A DNA stretch of 64,000 nt from a virus, in IMG/VR virus record IMGVR_UViG_3300029858_000001, positions 91,123-155,122 of that record. The stretch is one strand, 5' to 3'. The translations under genes and the position numbers were made by a program. Positions 36,801-48,709 of the stretch are shown one piece after another. Below the pieces are notes generated by a model. It did no database searches, was not told the origin of the DNA, and saw only the letters and a list, made by a program, of their open reading frames with translations. How positions within the stretch are numbered: position 1 is the first letter of the stretch; each line of letters starts with the position of its first letter.

Positions 36801-39800
36801 CTTTTTCAATATTTAAGTTTTCTAAATTGCTTTGTTCATTAGCTAAAGCATATTGCTATTGAAGAATCTATTTATCATAGACAGACTATAATTTATCAAC
36901 AGCACTTTCATCTATCCAAATTTCGCCAGTGTCTTTTTTACCCCAAGCACCTTCCATATTCTTTAGCTCAGGATAAGTATTTAAAATATTAAGAGCTTCT
37001 TCATTAGCTTTAGTTAACTATGCACGCCATTCTTTAGTACCAACAGTACATTCATCTAAAGCAGATTTAACAGAGTTATAACTATCAAATACTGATTTTA
37101 ACTATTCAGCTTTATTCTTTGTTTCTTCTAACTAACTTTTAAAACTCTCAACAGCCTATTCAGAACGTTTAATTTGTTCTTCTATAGTAAAAGACTAAGC
37201 TGTATTATATACTTTAACCAATACAGCAATGGCAGCAACTACTGCTCCAATTATTAAAGCATATTTACCCAAAACAAGTAAAGATTTAGTAAACATTGCA
37301 TGAGTTGCCGCACCGCTAGCTGCTAATTGCTATTCAGCAGTTCCCGCAGAACCAGCAGCTACTCCCAATTCTTTAAGTTTGGCAGTATAAGCATCAAGAC
37401 CAGTTTGCATAATTTTAGTTCTAAACCCAGAACTATTCTCTATCTTTGTCTTTAAAGCTGCCTATAAATCAGACCCCTATAAAGACCCTCCTAAACCAGT
37501 CATTATTGATAAAATATTAGTACCTAGTCCCTTCCAATTAGTTCCAATTTCTTTTAATCCGCTAGCTAACTAATTTACTCCATTGATTAAAGAAGGAATA
37601 GCAAAACTCGCTGAAGTAATACTCTAAGTTAATTTTTCTCCAAAATCTAATTCACTGTTATTTAAAGCATTAAACATTCCTTTTAAACTATTGATTCCAA
37701 TAGCTAATTGAGAAATACCCTAAAAACTAGAAACTAATCCTTGAGAAAAACTGTATATAGATCCTTGACTAGCTTTTAATTCTGCGTTAAAAGCTTCAAT
37801 AGCACTCTCATATTTTTCAATAGCTCCTTTGTTCTACAAAAGAGCCTCTTTCTCATTTACGTAATCTGTAAGACACTATCTTAAGGCATTAGACTAAGCT
37901 TTTGTTAATTTTTCTGCTTTAATTTTCTAATTAACATAATTATCAATTTCAAGATTGACGTCTCTTAAATTATTAACTTCAGCTAATATATCTTTTCTAA
38001 GAGTACCTTTAGCACCATTACTTAGATTAGAATTGTTACCCTATTGAATTAACTAATTTAATTTACTATATCTTGGGTTATTCAAATTTAATTGACCAAA
38101 TTGAGAAATAAAATCTTTAAAAGAACCATTTGAATTAATTTTTAAAGACTTTAAATCTTGCATTGTTTTATCATTATAAAAATTATCGACAATCTTTTGG
38201 CCTTTTTTTAAGCTATTGTCAAAATAAATTACGCCTTTATCTCCACCAAATTTTTTATTATTATCTTCAAAAATTATATTGCGAGCATTACGTAAATTGT
38301 TATTACTCTAAGTTTGTTGAGCTTCTATGCTTTTTTTAGATTCTATAGCTATTTGTCCATAAGCCTAAGAAATTTTTAATAATGTCTATAATCTTAATTT
38401 ATCTGTTTCATTTAACTAATTATTTGCTAGCTATAAATCATAAGAAGCCTCTGCAGCTTTGACCATTGTAGTTGTTTCTAATTCAACTGAACCCTATTTT
38501 GTTAAATCAGGTTTTTCTTCATAAGTTGTAAAGGTTTTTAAAACATTTATCATCTACTGCTTCATAACCGCAGCCTAATTTTCAGCAGCTCCACTATCAA
38601 TGAATAAATTGGAAGCCATACGCTGCATATTATTTACAATATCAGGACCGAAACTCTTTAACATTAAAGTAGAAATGACACTTAATACGCCAGGTAATCC
38701 ACCTAATGAATCAATCAATTTGCTTGTAATATTTAATGTATCACTTAATGTATCATTTAATCCGATAAAAAATTTATCACTAACTAATTGCTTATAAATT
38801 TCTTCAAGAGAAGCTTGTACTCGCTTTTTAGAAGCTTCCCAACTTTCAGCATAAATATCAGCTTGTTCTTGTAAAGTACCTTCAGAATTTTTAGCCACTC
38901 CAACTAGCTCTTTAAAATAATCTTTATTCTCCATAAGATTAACTAATTGAGTGTATTGACGAACACCACCAACAGTCTATGCAAGAGCCACTTGTTCAGC
39001 ACGACTTAAACTATCCCACTTATTCATCATTTCATCAAGGATAGTATTCATATCTTTTAACTCACCCTATTGGTCTTTAATACTAATACCAACTTTTTCA
39101 AGGGCTTTAGAATATTTATTTAAATCAGTACCATCTTCAAGAGTTTCTCCGAGAGTCAAACCCTAAATACGAGCGAATAAAGTTTTAAGGCTATTACCTA
39201 CTGTGTTCGCACTTTCACGTGTTTTAGCAGTTAATGTAGCTAATGCAGATGTAGCATATTCATAACTAAGACCAATAGTATTAGCAACAGAAGCGAATTT
39301 CTATATACCTTCTGAGATTTCATCAGTACTAGAAGCAGTATATGCACCAAGCTTGGTCATTACATCGGCATAATATTCCAGAGATTTGCTGCCATCATAG
39401 AAGTTATTCCAAACAGCAGTTAACTAATCGGATATTTTAGAAGCACTTTCACCTGCGGCATTCGCCATTTTAATAGTAACTTCAGTACGGTCAACAACTT
39501 CTTTATCACTTAAACCCTATTGATAATAAATTAAAGAAGCATTAGTATAATTAGTAGTAGTTGTACTTAATGCTTGAGCAGCCTTATTTGCCTTTTCAGC
39601 AAACTCAGCCATTTGATCACTACTCTATCCAGTAACTATACGAATATCATTTAATGATCTATCTAAATCTTTTGCATAATAGTAAGCCTTCTATAAAGAA
39701 CCCTATACTCCATGCATTAAATTAGATGAAATTTGCCATTTGGCTGTATTAGCTAATGTCTTTTTAAAATTATCTAATAAAGCATTAGTTCTTTTTAAAG

Positions 39801-40182
39801 GAACTTCAGCATTAATAACAGACTATGCTAACGCAACAAATGCTTTATCACCTGTTGGACCCAGATTCTCTAAATGCGTAGCAAAATCCTAAAGAGTATA
39901 GCCACTCTAGCTCAAACTCTTTGAAAATTTTGATAAATCTAAACGTCCAGTATTAACATTAGTCGCCTAATCTAAAGCAATTTTTAACTCCTAAACTGCT
40001 GCCGAGGCTTCATCTATTTCTTTTTTAGTGGCATTAACATCAAAAAATTTAATATTTTTTGTTGCTATCTAATTCATTAAAGTATCTAATGAACTTTGTA
40101 AATCTCGTAATTGCTATTTAGCCTGACCTGTATCAGCTGTAAATCGCATATTAACATTATAATTAGCACTGTTATTAGCCAT
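30859..40182 (-). CDS. Tail tape measure protein, apparently a single ~3100-aa ORF once TAG is read as sense
   Basis: ATG 40182 with AAAGGAG RBS. Every track fragment over 9.3 kb (38575..38934, 36169..36414, 35179..35361, 34510..34800, 31636..31890, 31312..31506) is in the same frame as the start and the TGA stop. Ala/Gln/Leu-rich coiled-coil; LSRAEQVALAQTVGGVRQ region. Spot translation found no TAA/TGA, but this was not checked exhaustively. Confidence 0.5.
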
Positions 40183-40224
40183 AAAATAGCTCCTTTCTCT
40201 CATTATAATTTTCTATATATAAAG

Positions 40225-40257
40225 AAAAGGCGAGAGGAACAAAGCCTCTCGCCTTTT
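40225..40257. terminator. Hairpin plus T-run between the chaperone-like gene and the TMP (attenuator or terminator)
   Basis: aaaggcgagagg aacaaag cctctcgcctttt. Confidence 0.5.
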
Positions 40258-40294
40258 AATATTCCTATTTAAATTAGAAATTAATTATAATATT

Positions 40295-40822
40295 TTAACC
40301 CATCTTGGTTAAAATATCTTTTACTAAAGATAGACTCTCAGGATTAGAAATCTTATCTTGTAGCTCATTAACATCTAAATTTAAATTAGAATAATTCTGA
40401 TTCATAGCATCCATAATTCCATAAACACTATTATGATATTTATAATATCCATTAAGCGTTTCATAAGTATAGACTTCTAAATCATCAGTTTGATTACAAT
40501 TTACTTGTTTCTTTAACTTTTTCATAAATCCTGAACCAACAAGTAAATCATAAAGTTTATACAAATCTTCTTTCTGCTTATCTGTAAAAGATAAATTTGT
40601 ATAATTAAATACTATTGCTAAATCCATATATACATGGAAAGCAAATTCATTCAAAAATTCATTGTTAAAATCAATAACTTGTTGAATGACCGACTAAGCA
40701 ATATCCATTCTCTCTTTTATTGGAAGATACTATTTTACTTCAATAACCTGATCATTATATTGCCAACTTTTTATTTCCGAATTTTTCTGAAAGGAGAGTT
40801 TTGTAAAAGCTATTTTTGCCAC
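40295..40822 (-). CDS. Tail assembly chaperone-like protein (by position upstream of the TMP), TAG-containing
   Basis: GTG 40822 after AAAGGAAGTGAG. N-terminus MAKIAFTKL.... The frame runs through the track ORF 40295..40654. Confidence 0.4.
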
Positions 40823-40901
40823 TTTCTCACTTCCTTTACCTTTATATTTTAAAAATTTTGTCAGAAACAAATTTTTTAATTCTTATTTTTTTTACAAATA
40901 T

Positions 40902-40930
40902 ATTATAACAAAAAAATTTTTCAAAGTCAA
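40902..40930 (-). promoter_or_regulatory. Consensus sigma-70-type promoter on the minus strand (TTGACT, 17 nt, TATAAT), preceded by three A5T5 tracts
   Basis: Minus strand reads ttgact ttgaaaaatttttttgt tataat. The aaaaattttt element is repeated 3x on the upstream side. Confidence 0.55.
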
Positions 40931-40938
40931 AAAAATTT

Positions 40939-42258
40939 TTACTAATCCTCAAAAATTTTTTCAAAATTCATACTAATAGGACTATATAAAGCTTGTTCCA
41001 TAGACATTCTTCTTTTATCATTTTCTAAGATACTTTTAGATCCCTATTTTTTATTAAAGTATAAATTCATTTCTATATCTTTTGCCAATTTAGCTGTTGA
41101 TAAAACTTTTAAGAATCCTTCTTTTTTAGGATTATTAATGACTAAAAATTTAGTACGACCAATATCATTAATAAAATTTGCCATTACATTCTAATAAGCA
41201 TACTTAGTATCTCCAACTCTTTGTTTAGCCCCTGTTAATTCATAAATAGCTCTAATTCTAAAAAACATTTTAGGTACATCATTATGCTCGGCCATTTTAG
41301 AATGCCTTGCCATACAATTTAACATACGAGCATATCTATATAACTTATAACTTGTATCTCCATCAGCTACAGTTAAAAAAACACGATAAGGATTAGTATG
41401 ACCTAAACCTATAAAACTATTTGATAAATAGTTTTTATCACTAAAAGTAGCTAATGATAAAGCATTAACTACTCGTTCTAACATTGTTGCGGTCGCTGTT
41501 ATTGAAATATTATAATTTAATCCTGTATTATCAGCTTTTATCTACTTACTCTAAATAGCGCCGACTTTACCATTTTCTTTAATTTGAGTATAAATAGTAA
41601 CAGCTTTTAAATTATTTTTTTGACGTTCTGTTGTAGTATTACCTGAATCTTTTTTTTCCTACCCAATTTTATAAGCTAGCCTAGAGAAATAATTTATTGC
41701 AGTTTTTGTTGCACTATCTATAACTTCATCACCAGCATTAATAATTAAATTTTTCATATTAATACTATCAACTAATTGTCCAGAACGATGTGTTTGAGGT
41801 AAAGGACCATAAGGCATTTCCATATTCTAAAAAGCATAGTCAATAGTAGTAATAAATTCATTCATAAAATTTTCTAATAAAGCACCACGTTCAGAACTAT
41901 TAGCTCCTTTTTTCACCAATCCTCCATTAGTAAATAAATTAGGATTTACCATATATAACTAATTAAATAATTCGGCCAAAGCCTAATCCTAAACTATTTT
42001 TACTAAAGACTCGGTAGTGAAAGACATTTTTTTACTATAATTATTTTGTATCTATTTAATTCCATTTAAAACTTCTTCTAATAATTTAGCATCCTGAACT
42101 TCTTTATTAGTAATCATATCATTTGGTCGAGCTGCTGCTCTATATGTTTCCAAAAGACTATTTAAATAAGTAGGAGTATTTACTTCATTTTTATATGAAA
42201 CTCCCTTTTGTTTATAATAAACTAACTAATTTTTCTAGGCATTTGTTAATTTTGCCAT
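40939..42258 (-). CDS. Hypothetical structural protein (~440 aa), TAG-rich
   Basis: ATG 42258 after the RBS and terminator. Track ORF 41191..41484 is in frame. TAG TAA at the end. Confidence 0.45.
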
Positions 42259-42287
42259 ACCTTTTTTCTCTCCTTTTTCACAAAATA

Positions 42288-42320
42288 AAAAAAAGGAGAG
42301 GGATTAACCCTCTCCTTTAA
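42288..42320 (-). terminator. Rho-independent terminator downstream of the major tail protein
   Basis: The minus strand reads aaaggagagggttaatccctctcc followed by T9. Confidence 0.65.
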
Positions 42321-42468
42321 TAATCTTTTCAATAAGTTCATCCTCTGTGAGAGGAGCTTTATTTTCTTTTTGTTGAGAAATTTTATTTTCTTTCTTCTAC
42401 TTTTTAATTACGACTTTTTCTACTTCAGACGCTTTAATAGGCCGTGGAGCATTAGAGCTAATAATCAT
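42304..42468 (-). CDS. Possible 54-aa Lys-rich peptide
   Basis: ATG 42468. The frame is open to TAA inside the terminator stem. Weak. Confidence 0.2.
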
Positions 42469-42470
42469 AA

Positions 42471-43556
42471 TTAAATATCAAAATAGCTGTCATGCATTGG
42501 ATCATGGATAGTTTGAGTACGATAGACACTATCATTGTCAATATCTTCAATGATCTGAACTGCAGCAAGCACTTTCTTAGTAGGATTGAAACGAGTAGTT
42601 CCTGGGAAAGCATCAAGCGTGAAGGTAAAAGTCGCAGGATCACCAGTTGCGGCCATACTGAAAGTAAAGTTAGACTGGATCTTGCAGTTAGGAATTACGA
42701 ATTCTGCTGGAAGATCAACGCCGTCTTGAGTACGGAATAGAGTAGAAGCTTCAAGATAGAAGTTGCCACCAAAAGATTCAGCAGTAATTTCAATTTGACG
42801 AGCTTTGCTAGCTTTCTCAATATAATAATCAAGAAGAACGACAGAGCCTTCAAAAAGTGCTAATTTATGTTCTGCATCAGCTTCAGTTTCATCAACGATA
42901 GTATAAGTAGAAGTAATATCCTGAATTTGAAGCCCATAATAAATCTGAATACCAGCTTTAGCTTTAGTATCAGCTTCTTCATCAGTACAAGTCTTATACT
43001 TCATTTCAGTTTCATCAAAATAGAACTTTTGAGGTTTTGTCGGTGCATCTGCCTAACGAATAACTGTAGGAAGATAAGGTTCAGTTACTGGCTCATCATT
43101 GTCAACTCGCATAGCATAAATATAGAATTCACCCTTATGCGCACCAGTAGTAGTATCAATTTGTTCGTATGGTAAATTTTTAACAAAAATTTGAACACTC
43201 TTTTTATTTTCAGCAAGAGCGACAGCAGTTGTTTTTTCAGTTACATGCTGTTTAATTGTATTCTGTTTAGAAGCATCAATAAGACCTGCTCCAGCAAGAA
43301 TCATGAAACCTTCAGCAGAAATAAGAGCGTCTTCCATAGTGAATGTTAAAGTACGGTCGCCATCCCAAGCTACTAAACGAGCATTGCCGCGTCCGCCTTG
43401 TGCATATACGGTCGTAGAAGCACCTTCAAGGCTAGAAGTTTTTAATGTATCGAAATAAAGAACTGGTTCGTTCGCATAGAAAACTTTATTACCAACCTTC
43501 ATAGGAGCACGAGCTTTTAATACGACATCGCATATCTCACGAACACCAAATTTCAT
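42471..43556 (-). CDS. Major tail (tube) protein with a C-terminal Ig-like domain; one TAG
   Basis: N-terminus MKFGVREICDVVLKA... is typical of phi13-family major tail proteins. Strong RBS AAGGAGG. Track ORFs 43053..43556 and 42471..43004 are in one frame, joined through TAG 43053. Confidence 0.6.
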
Positions 43557-43635
43557 AGGTTATTTCCTCCTTAATAAAATTTAAATTTTATTTATATAAC
43601 TCGCTACAAAAATTAGTAAAGCGATTTATACAAAA

Positions 43636-44370
43636 TTAATGAATGTTTTTCATCCAATTGTCAGGTTTTTTATCTGACTTAGCTCCTGCTAATCTACTCT
43701 TTACATCAATATCCCAATTAGTGTAAAGAGAAAATCTTTCTATTAAATCGTATAACTAATACAATGTTAAATTCATACAATCTTCTAATGACATTGAATC
43801 TAATCCAATAGTCAATGTAGAAACGTATTGGCTCAAAATGCTTGAATCGGTAACCCCTTTAAGTTCAGCGACTCTTTGACGCCCTTTCATTAATTTATTA
43901 GCTATTTCTTGAGCTTTCTTATTAGCAGGATTATAATTATCTTGCCCATTTTTATTAGTATCAAAACAAAAAATTTGTCTTGCTACCGACTAAAATAATT
44001 CAAAGTTATCATCATCAATATTAATCTAAATATCACTTTCATTATACTAAATAACAATAGATCTAGGAGTAAATGTAGACTTTGAATTTGGGAATAGTAA
44101 TGATAGAACCTATTGCGCGGCTTTACGTCGTTTAATATTATCTTTCTATAGCATTACCATCATAAATATCTAAAAATTGGTAGTAGTATCCAAATCATTC
44201 TTGTCCTGATTTGTTATACTATTTTTATTAATACAAAGACACTGAGCACCAGTAAAAAATTCTTTTTCGCCAATTAATGCTATTTCCTTTATCTTAGGCT
44301 AATGAAGAGTCAATGGAATTTCTGGAACAGGTAAATCTGTTCCACACATTAAACTAAGTTTATAATCCAT
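43636..44370 (-). CDS. Hypothetical head-tail/tail protein, TAG-rich
   Basis: ATG 44370 overlaps the upstream TAA (TAATG). Frame consistent to TAA 43636. Confidence 0.4.
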
Positions 44371-44960
44371 TAGTTCATTTTAGGCATTTTAAAATAATCC
44401 TCGATAAACATTTGTTCATCAGCAGGATTTGGCATATATTTTTTATCTTCTCCTCCGTGTATTGTATCATATAATAAACAAAGTCCAGCAAATTCATCAG
44501 TTAATATAATTTGCTATGCTCCGACGAAATTAAGTTGCCCAATTCCAGTTAAATGTTTTTTATCTAACATACTATCAAGCTCAGCAGCAATTCTATAAGG
44601 TCTTAACTAAAATGAATCAGCTAACTGCCACTAATCATAATGACAAATAATATCAAATTCAATAGTATTATCTCTAAATTCAGGATTATCTCCATTAGGA
44701 GTAAAATTATCAAAACTAATAACGATATAATTTAAAACATCTTTATCTATATATAATTTTGGTAAATTCCTTATATTCTTGCCAAACATTTTTGCGAAAT
44801 TCTAATCACTTACTTCTGGTTTTTTTAACGCATCAGGAGTAGTATAATAAAGTAATTTACGCAAGCGTTGATTCGCGGCCATACGATCAACTATAATTCT
44901 CATATCTTTCTCTTGGGCCAAAAATGCTGACTCTGGATTTTTTACATTATCAATTTTCAT
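44370..44960 (-). CDS. Hypothetical head-tail protein, TAG-containing
   Basis: ATG 44960 after GAAGGAG. Frame consistent to TAA 44370-72. Confidence 0.4.
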
Positions 44961-44981
44961 TCTCCGATTTCTCCTTCATCT

Positions 44982-45977
44982 TTAAAATAAAGATTCAACT
45001 ACAATGGTTTTACATTCTGGCCCATAGAATAAATCAAACTAACCACAATATGTAGTTTCCCATCGTAATTTTAAAGTATTTGTTTCTTCATTTACTTTAA
45101 CTGTTAATGGTAATTTTTTATCCCAAGTCCATTCGCCAGAGTTAATTCCATCATATTTATATTCATATACTACTTTAGGCTTAATAAAAGTATCCCCTAT
45201 AATGCCATTTTCTTTACCCGAATTAGGATCTTGAACCGGCTATATTAAACCATTGACAATACCATTATCAATATCATCAGTGGTTTCATTAGAATAATAC
45301 TCGACAGCATTAATTTCAATTATTCCAGGAGTAGAATACAAATCAGTAGCTTCAATACGCCAACATGTTTTATTAGGATCATTCTATAAATAAAATTTAT
45401 TATAACGCTAACATAATTTTACATTATCATCATTATAAGGTAATAATATATTTAAAGAATGATTAGGGGTATCTATACTAATTTCATGCTTTTGAATATA
45501 ATTAATTTTAGTTTCAACAGGACCACGCAAAGCAACATAAGTTTTATGATAATTTTTATTTTCATCTTCCCAGGCGATTTCATAAGAACAACGTCTTATA
45601 TTACCACGAAAATAAGCTAATTCAGTTAAATCCTGTAAATAAATTAACCAATAAGTATTTGTACCTAACCACTAAAAAATATCCCCAGTTTTAAAATTAC
45701 TTTCAAAACCAATTGAAATAATTTTTTCATCATAATCCTATTTTATTTTATCAGGATTAATTAATGCACGACGTTCAATAGTATCTTTATCATCATATAA
45801 TTTTTTTACCAAGGCAGCTTGATAAGAATAAAGTAAAGCTCTACTTAATGTTTTACGTTTATCTCTTATCATTCGTTCTTGTTGTCCTGTTACTCCATCG
45901 CCATATAAATATCTTGTAAGCATATTGGCTTTTGGAATACGGTTATACATTGCATCTAAATATTCATTTTTATTCAA
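44982..45977 (-). CDS. Hypothetical structural protein (~330 aa), TAG-containing
   Basis: TTG 45977 after AAGGGGG. Track ORF 45738..45977 continues through TAGs to TAA 44982-84. Confidence 0.4.
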
Positions 45978-46263
45978 TGTGAAGCCCCCTTAATAAAGTA
46001 ATAGCTTCAAACACTGTCTTTCTATAAATAGGAAATTCAATTTCAATATTTTTTAGTCCTTCTAATTTACTTAAAAGAATTAAATACTAACTATCATTAA
46101 AAATTTCCCCAAGACCAGTTAATTCAATAATTACAGTATTTAACTAAGATAACCAATCTTCTTCATTTTCACGCATAGGAATTAATTTCCATATCTAATT
46201 AGTTAATCTATTAATATTAGTATTAATTAAATCATTATTTATATCAAAATTATATTTAGTCAT
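45970..46263 (-). CDS. Small hypothetical protein (~98 aa)
   Basis: ATG 46263. Open through three TAGs to TAA 45970-72. Confidence 0.35.
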
Positions 46264-46867
46264 CAAGGGCACTTACCTCCCTTAGAACAGACCAATTAGA
46301 TTTAATATATCCATCATCATCAGTTTTACGACGCTTATATAATCTCTACATATGAAAAGCCTAACGTCTTACTTCTGTTCTCAATGATAACAATTTCTAC
46401 ATATGATTTGCCTATGAAGTAAATTTAAAATCTGTACCAGAATATTTCATTCTTGTTACTTCAATAGATGCCAATTGACGTTCTACCCAAGCTTCAACCA
46501 TAATCAAAGCCAAAATATTAATTTCTTCATCATCCAAATCGGCATTAAAATAGGAGGTATTTTCTTCAGAAAATATCTCCTAAAAAGCATTATCTAAATC
46601 AATATTACTACCAGCTACTTCTTCAGATAAATCTCCACCTAATGGTATATCAATATCTCCGCCATCAATTTCTCCTTTTATAAAATCAGGAGTATCTTCA
46701 TCGACTAAAACATAATCTAATCGTTTACGCGGAAATTCAAATCCAGGGATACTATCAACAAGTAATTGACGTAAATCTAAAAATGTATCACGAGGAGTAA
46801 GTTCTAAATACATATCATCTGTTACTTTACCTAAAAAGCGTTCATAAATCTTATAAAAATATGTCAT
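46256..46867 (-). CDS. Hypothetical head-tail connector-region protein (~200 aa)
   Basis: Track ORF 46580..46867 continues through TAGs to TAA 46256-58. Confidence 0.45.
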
Positions 46868-46889
46868 ATAAAACCCTCCTTATTTATAA

Positions 46890-47456
46890 TTAACCTTCTT
46901 TTACAACGTTATAACGAGGAGTAGTTCTACGACCAGGAGGCGTTGTGGGCTTAGTTTCGGTCTTTACTCTACGTTCAGGAGCTTTTGGAGTAATTTGCTC
47001 ATCATCTGCAGCTTCAGCTTCCTTATTGGCTAATGCTCGATCAAGATCAAATCCAGTTTTATCCTTAAGAGCTTTACGCTTATTATAATCACTCATAGGA
47101 AGAGACACAGCATAACTCTTAATCATATCAATAACTCCAATAGGAGCAAAATCAAGACAGTCAAGGAATTCATCAAGAGTTCCTTCAGTAAGAAGCTTAA
47201 TAACTCCAGCGTCGTCTAAATAATATTCAGGTTCTGTATGAATACCTAATTCTTCTGTAGTTTCAGTATCCACAATCTTTAAGAAATTTTCCATTAAAGT
47301 GCGGCCTCCGCTAAGATAGGCAAGTTTCTCTAATTCCTCAAAAGGAATTTTCTTAGTTTCTCCAGGTGTAAATTCTCTGCGGATACCTTCTTCAGGAATA
47401 GTATAAACAACCATTCCAGCACTTCTATTAGTAACTATTAAAATTTTTTTACTCAT
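46890..47456 (-). CDS. Hypothetical protein with a basic Pro/Thr-rich tail, TAG-free
   Basis: Intact 188-aa ORF directly after the capsid-gene terminator. Confidence 0.55.
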   Translation of the reverse strand: MSKKILIVTNRSAGMVVYTIPEEGIRREFTPGETKKIPFEELEKLAYLSGGRTLMENFLKIVDTETTEELGIHTEPEYYLDDAGVIKLLTEGTLDEFLDCLDFAPIGVIDMIKSYAVSLPMSDYNKRKALKDKTGFDLDRALANKEAEAADDEQITPKAPERRVKTETKPTTPPGRRTTPRYNVVKEG

Positions 47457-47479
47457 TTTTTTATTCTCCTTTTACTCAT

Positions 47480-47521
47480 AAAACAAAATAGGGGAGAAGG
47501 GGATTTCCCCATTCTCCCCTA
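47480..47521 (-). terminator. Strong rho-independent terminator right after the major capsid gene
   Basis: The minus strand reads aggggagaatggggaaatccccttctcccct followed by attttgtttt. Confidence 0.8.
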
Positions 47522-47555
47522 AAAATATTATATATTAATTTTTAGTTAATATCAA

Positions 47556-48692
47556 TTACGGCTTATCTTCATTTCCGCCATCAATAGTATCATGAGAACC
47601 AGTAATCTGACCAGCATAGTCACGAACCTTACCAGTTACGCCATCAAGATGCCATGTCTTCATATCACCAAGAAGTTCAGTATCACAATAGCAGCAGATG
47701 TTATTAGCTAACATAGCAATAACGCCAACTTTCTTATAAACCTGAATTTCACGGCTACGATCATAATTGGTGTATTCATCAACAATGGTATTGCCTTCCA
47801 TAGCAACCTTTACAGGCTTACTATCAGCACCAGTAGGAATAATCCAAGCATAACCTGGGTCAATGACTTTCTTTTCATTAGTAGCATCTTCAAAGCCCTG
47901 CTCAAGAATAACAACTTTATAGCCCTTATAGGAAGCAAGACGACCAGTATTCCAAAGCTCATTTTTCATAGCTTCAGTATAACGCCAAGCATCCTTCGGA
48001 ATCATACGAACAGCAAATTCATAAGTGCAATAAATAGTAGGAGTACCATAAGCAGAAGCAATCATAAGTAACTTATCAAAGCCGGGTTCATCAAAACCAT
48101 TAGCAACTAAACGGTTAGCAGGAGGTAACTGGTTAACAGAAGCCTTTAAAGCACCGGCAATTTCTTTATAGATAAGTTCGTCCATACCTTCCATGACGAT
48201 CTGGGTAACAACACCAAAATCAACACGGCCATCAAGGAATTCCTCAAAGCCAATTTGAGCAGCTCCGCCGATAGCGCTTGTACGGACTTCAAAGCATTCT
48301 TCAGTCTTACCAAGCTTGAATACTTCATAGATACCAGCTAGGCCGACACGAGTGATGAATTGCTTTGCACGAGTATTGTTGCTGAACTTTCTACGGAAAA
48401 TAGGCTTGTCACCCTGTTTAAACGTCTTAACTTCAGCAAACTGATTGTATTGCTCTTCAACTTTCTTAGGAAGAACTTCATCAATAGTTTCCTCAATCAT
48501 TGAGAAAATAAGGTTCTTATTATCACGATATAAAGAATAAGTTCCAGCAAGTTCATTTAATTCTCTACGGAGAGTTTCATTAAGAGCATCATAAGAAAGG
48601 CTTTCGCCATTAAAGCTGTAAGCAGTAGGAGTAGAAGGATCAGCCTTAGCGACAGTCTTCATTAATTGAACAAGATTTTTTCTATCTAACAT
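47556..48692 (-). CDS. Major capsid protein (HK97-like by size and position), TAG-free 378 codons
   Basis: Intact ORF preceded by a strong RBS GAAAGGAGAG. Positioned after the scaffold-like genes, followed by a strong terminator. GC is higher than the surroundings. Confidence 0.65.
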   Translation of the reverse strand: MLDRKNLVQLMKTVAKADPSTPTAYSFNGESLSYDALNETLRRELNELAGTYSLYRDNKNLIFSMIEETIDEVLPKKVEEQYNQFAEVKTFKQGDKPIFRRKFSNNTRAKQFITRVGLAGIYEVFKLGKTEECFEVRTSAIGGAAQIGFEEFLDGRVDFGVVTQIVMEGMDELIYKEIAGALKASVNQLPPANRLVANGFDEPGFDKLLMIASAYGTPTIYCTYEFAVRMIPKDAWRYTEAMKNELWNTGRLASYKGYKVVILEQGFEDATNEKKVIDPGYAWIIPTGADSKPVKVAMEGNTIVDEYTNYDRSREIQVYKKVGVIAMLANNICCYCDTELLGDMKTWHLDGVTGKVRDYAGQITGSHDTIDGGNEDKP

Positions 48693-48709
48693 TTTTCTTC
48701 TCTCCTTTC

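Noticed and set aside
38600-43175. Plus-strand track ORFs inside minus-strand structural genes (38600..38797, 40634..40852, 42492..42740, 42867..43175 and others)
   Set aside because: They are antisense to coding regions with better frame evidence and have no RBS.
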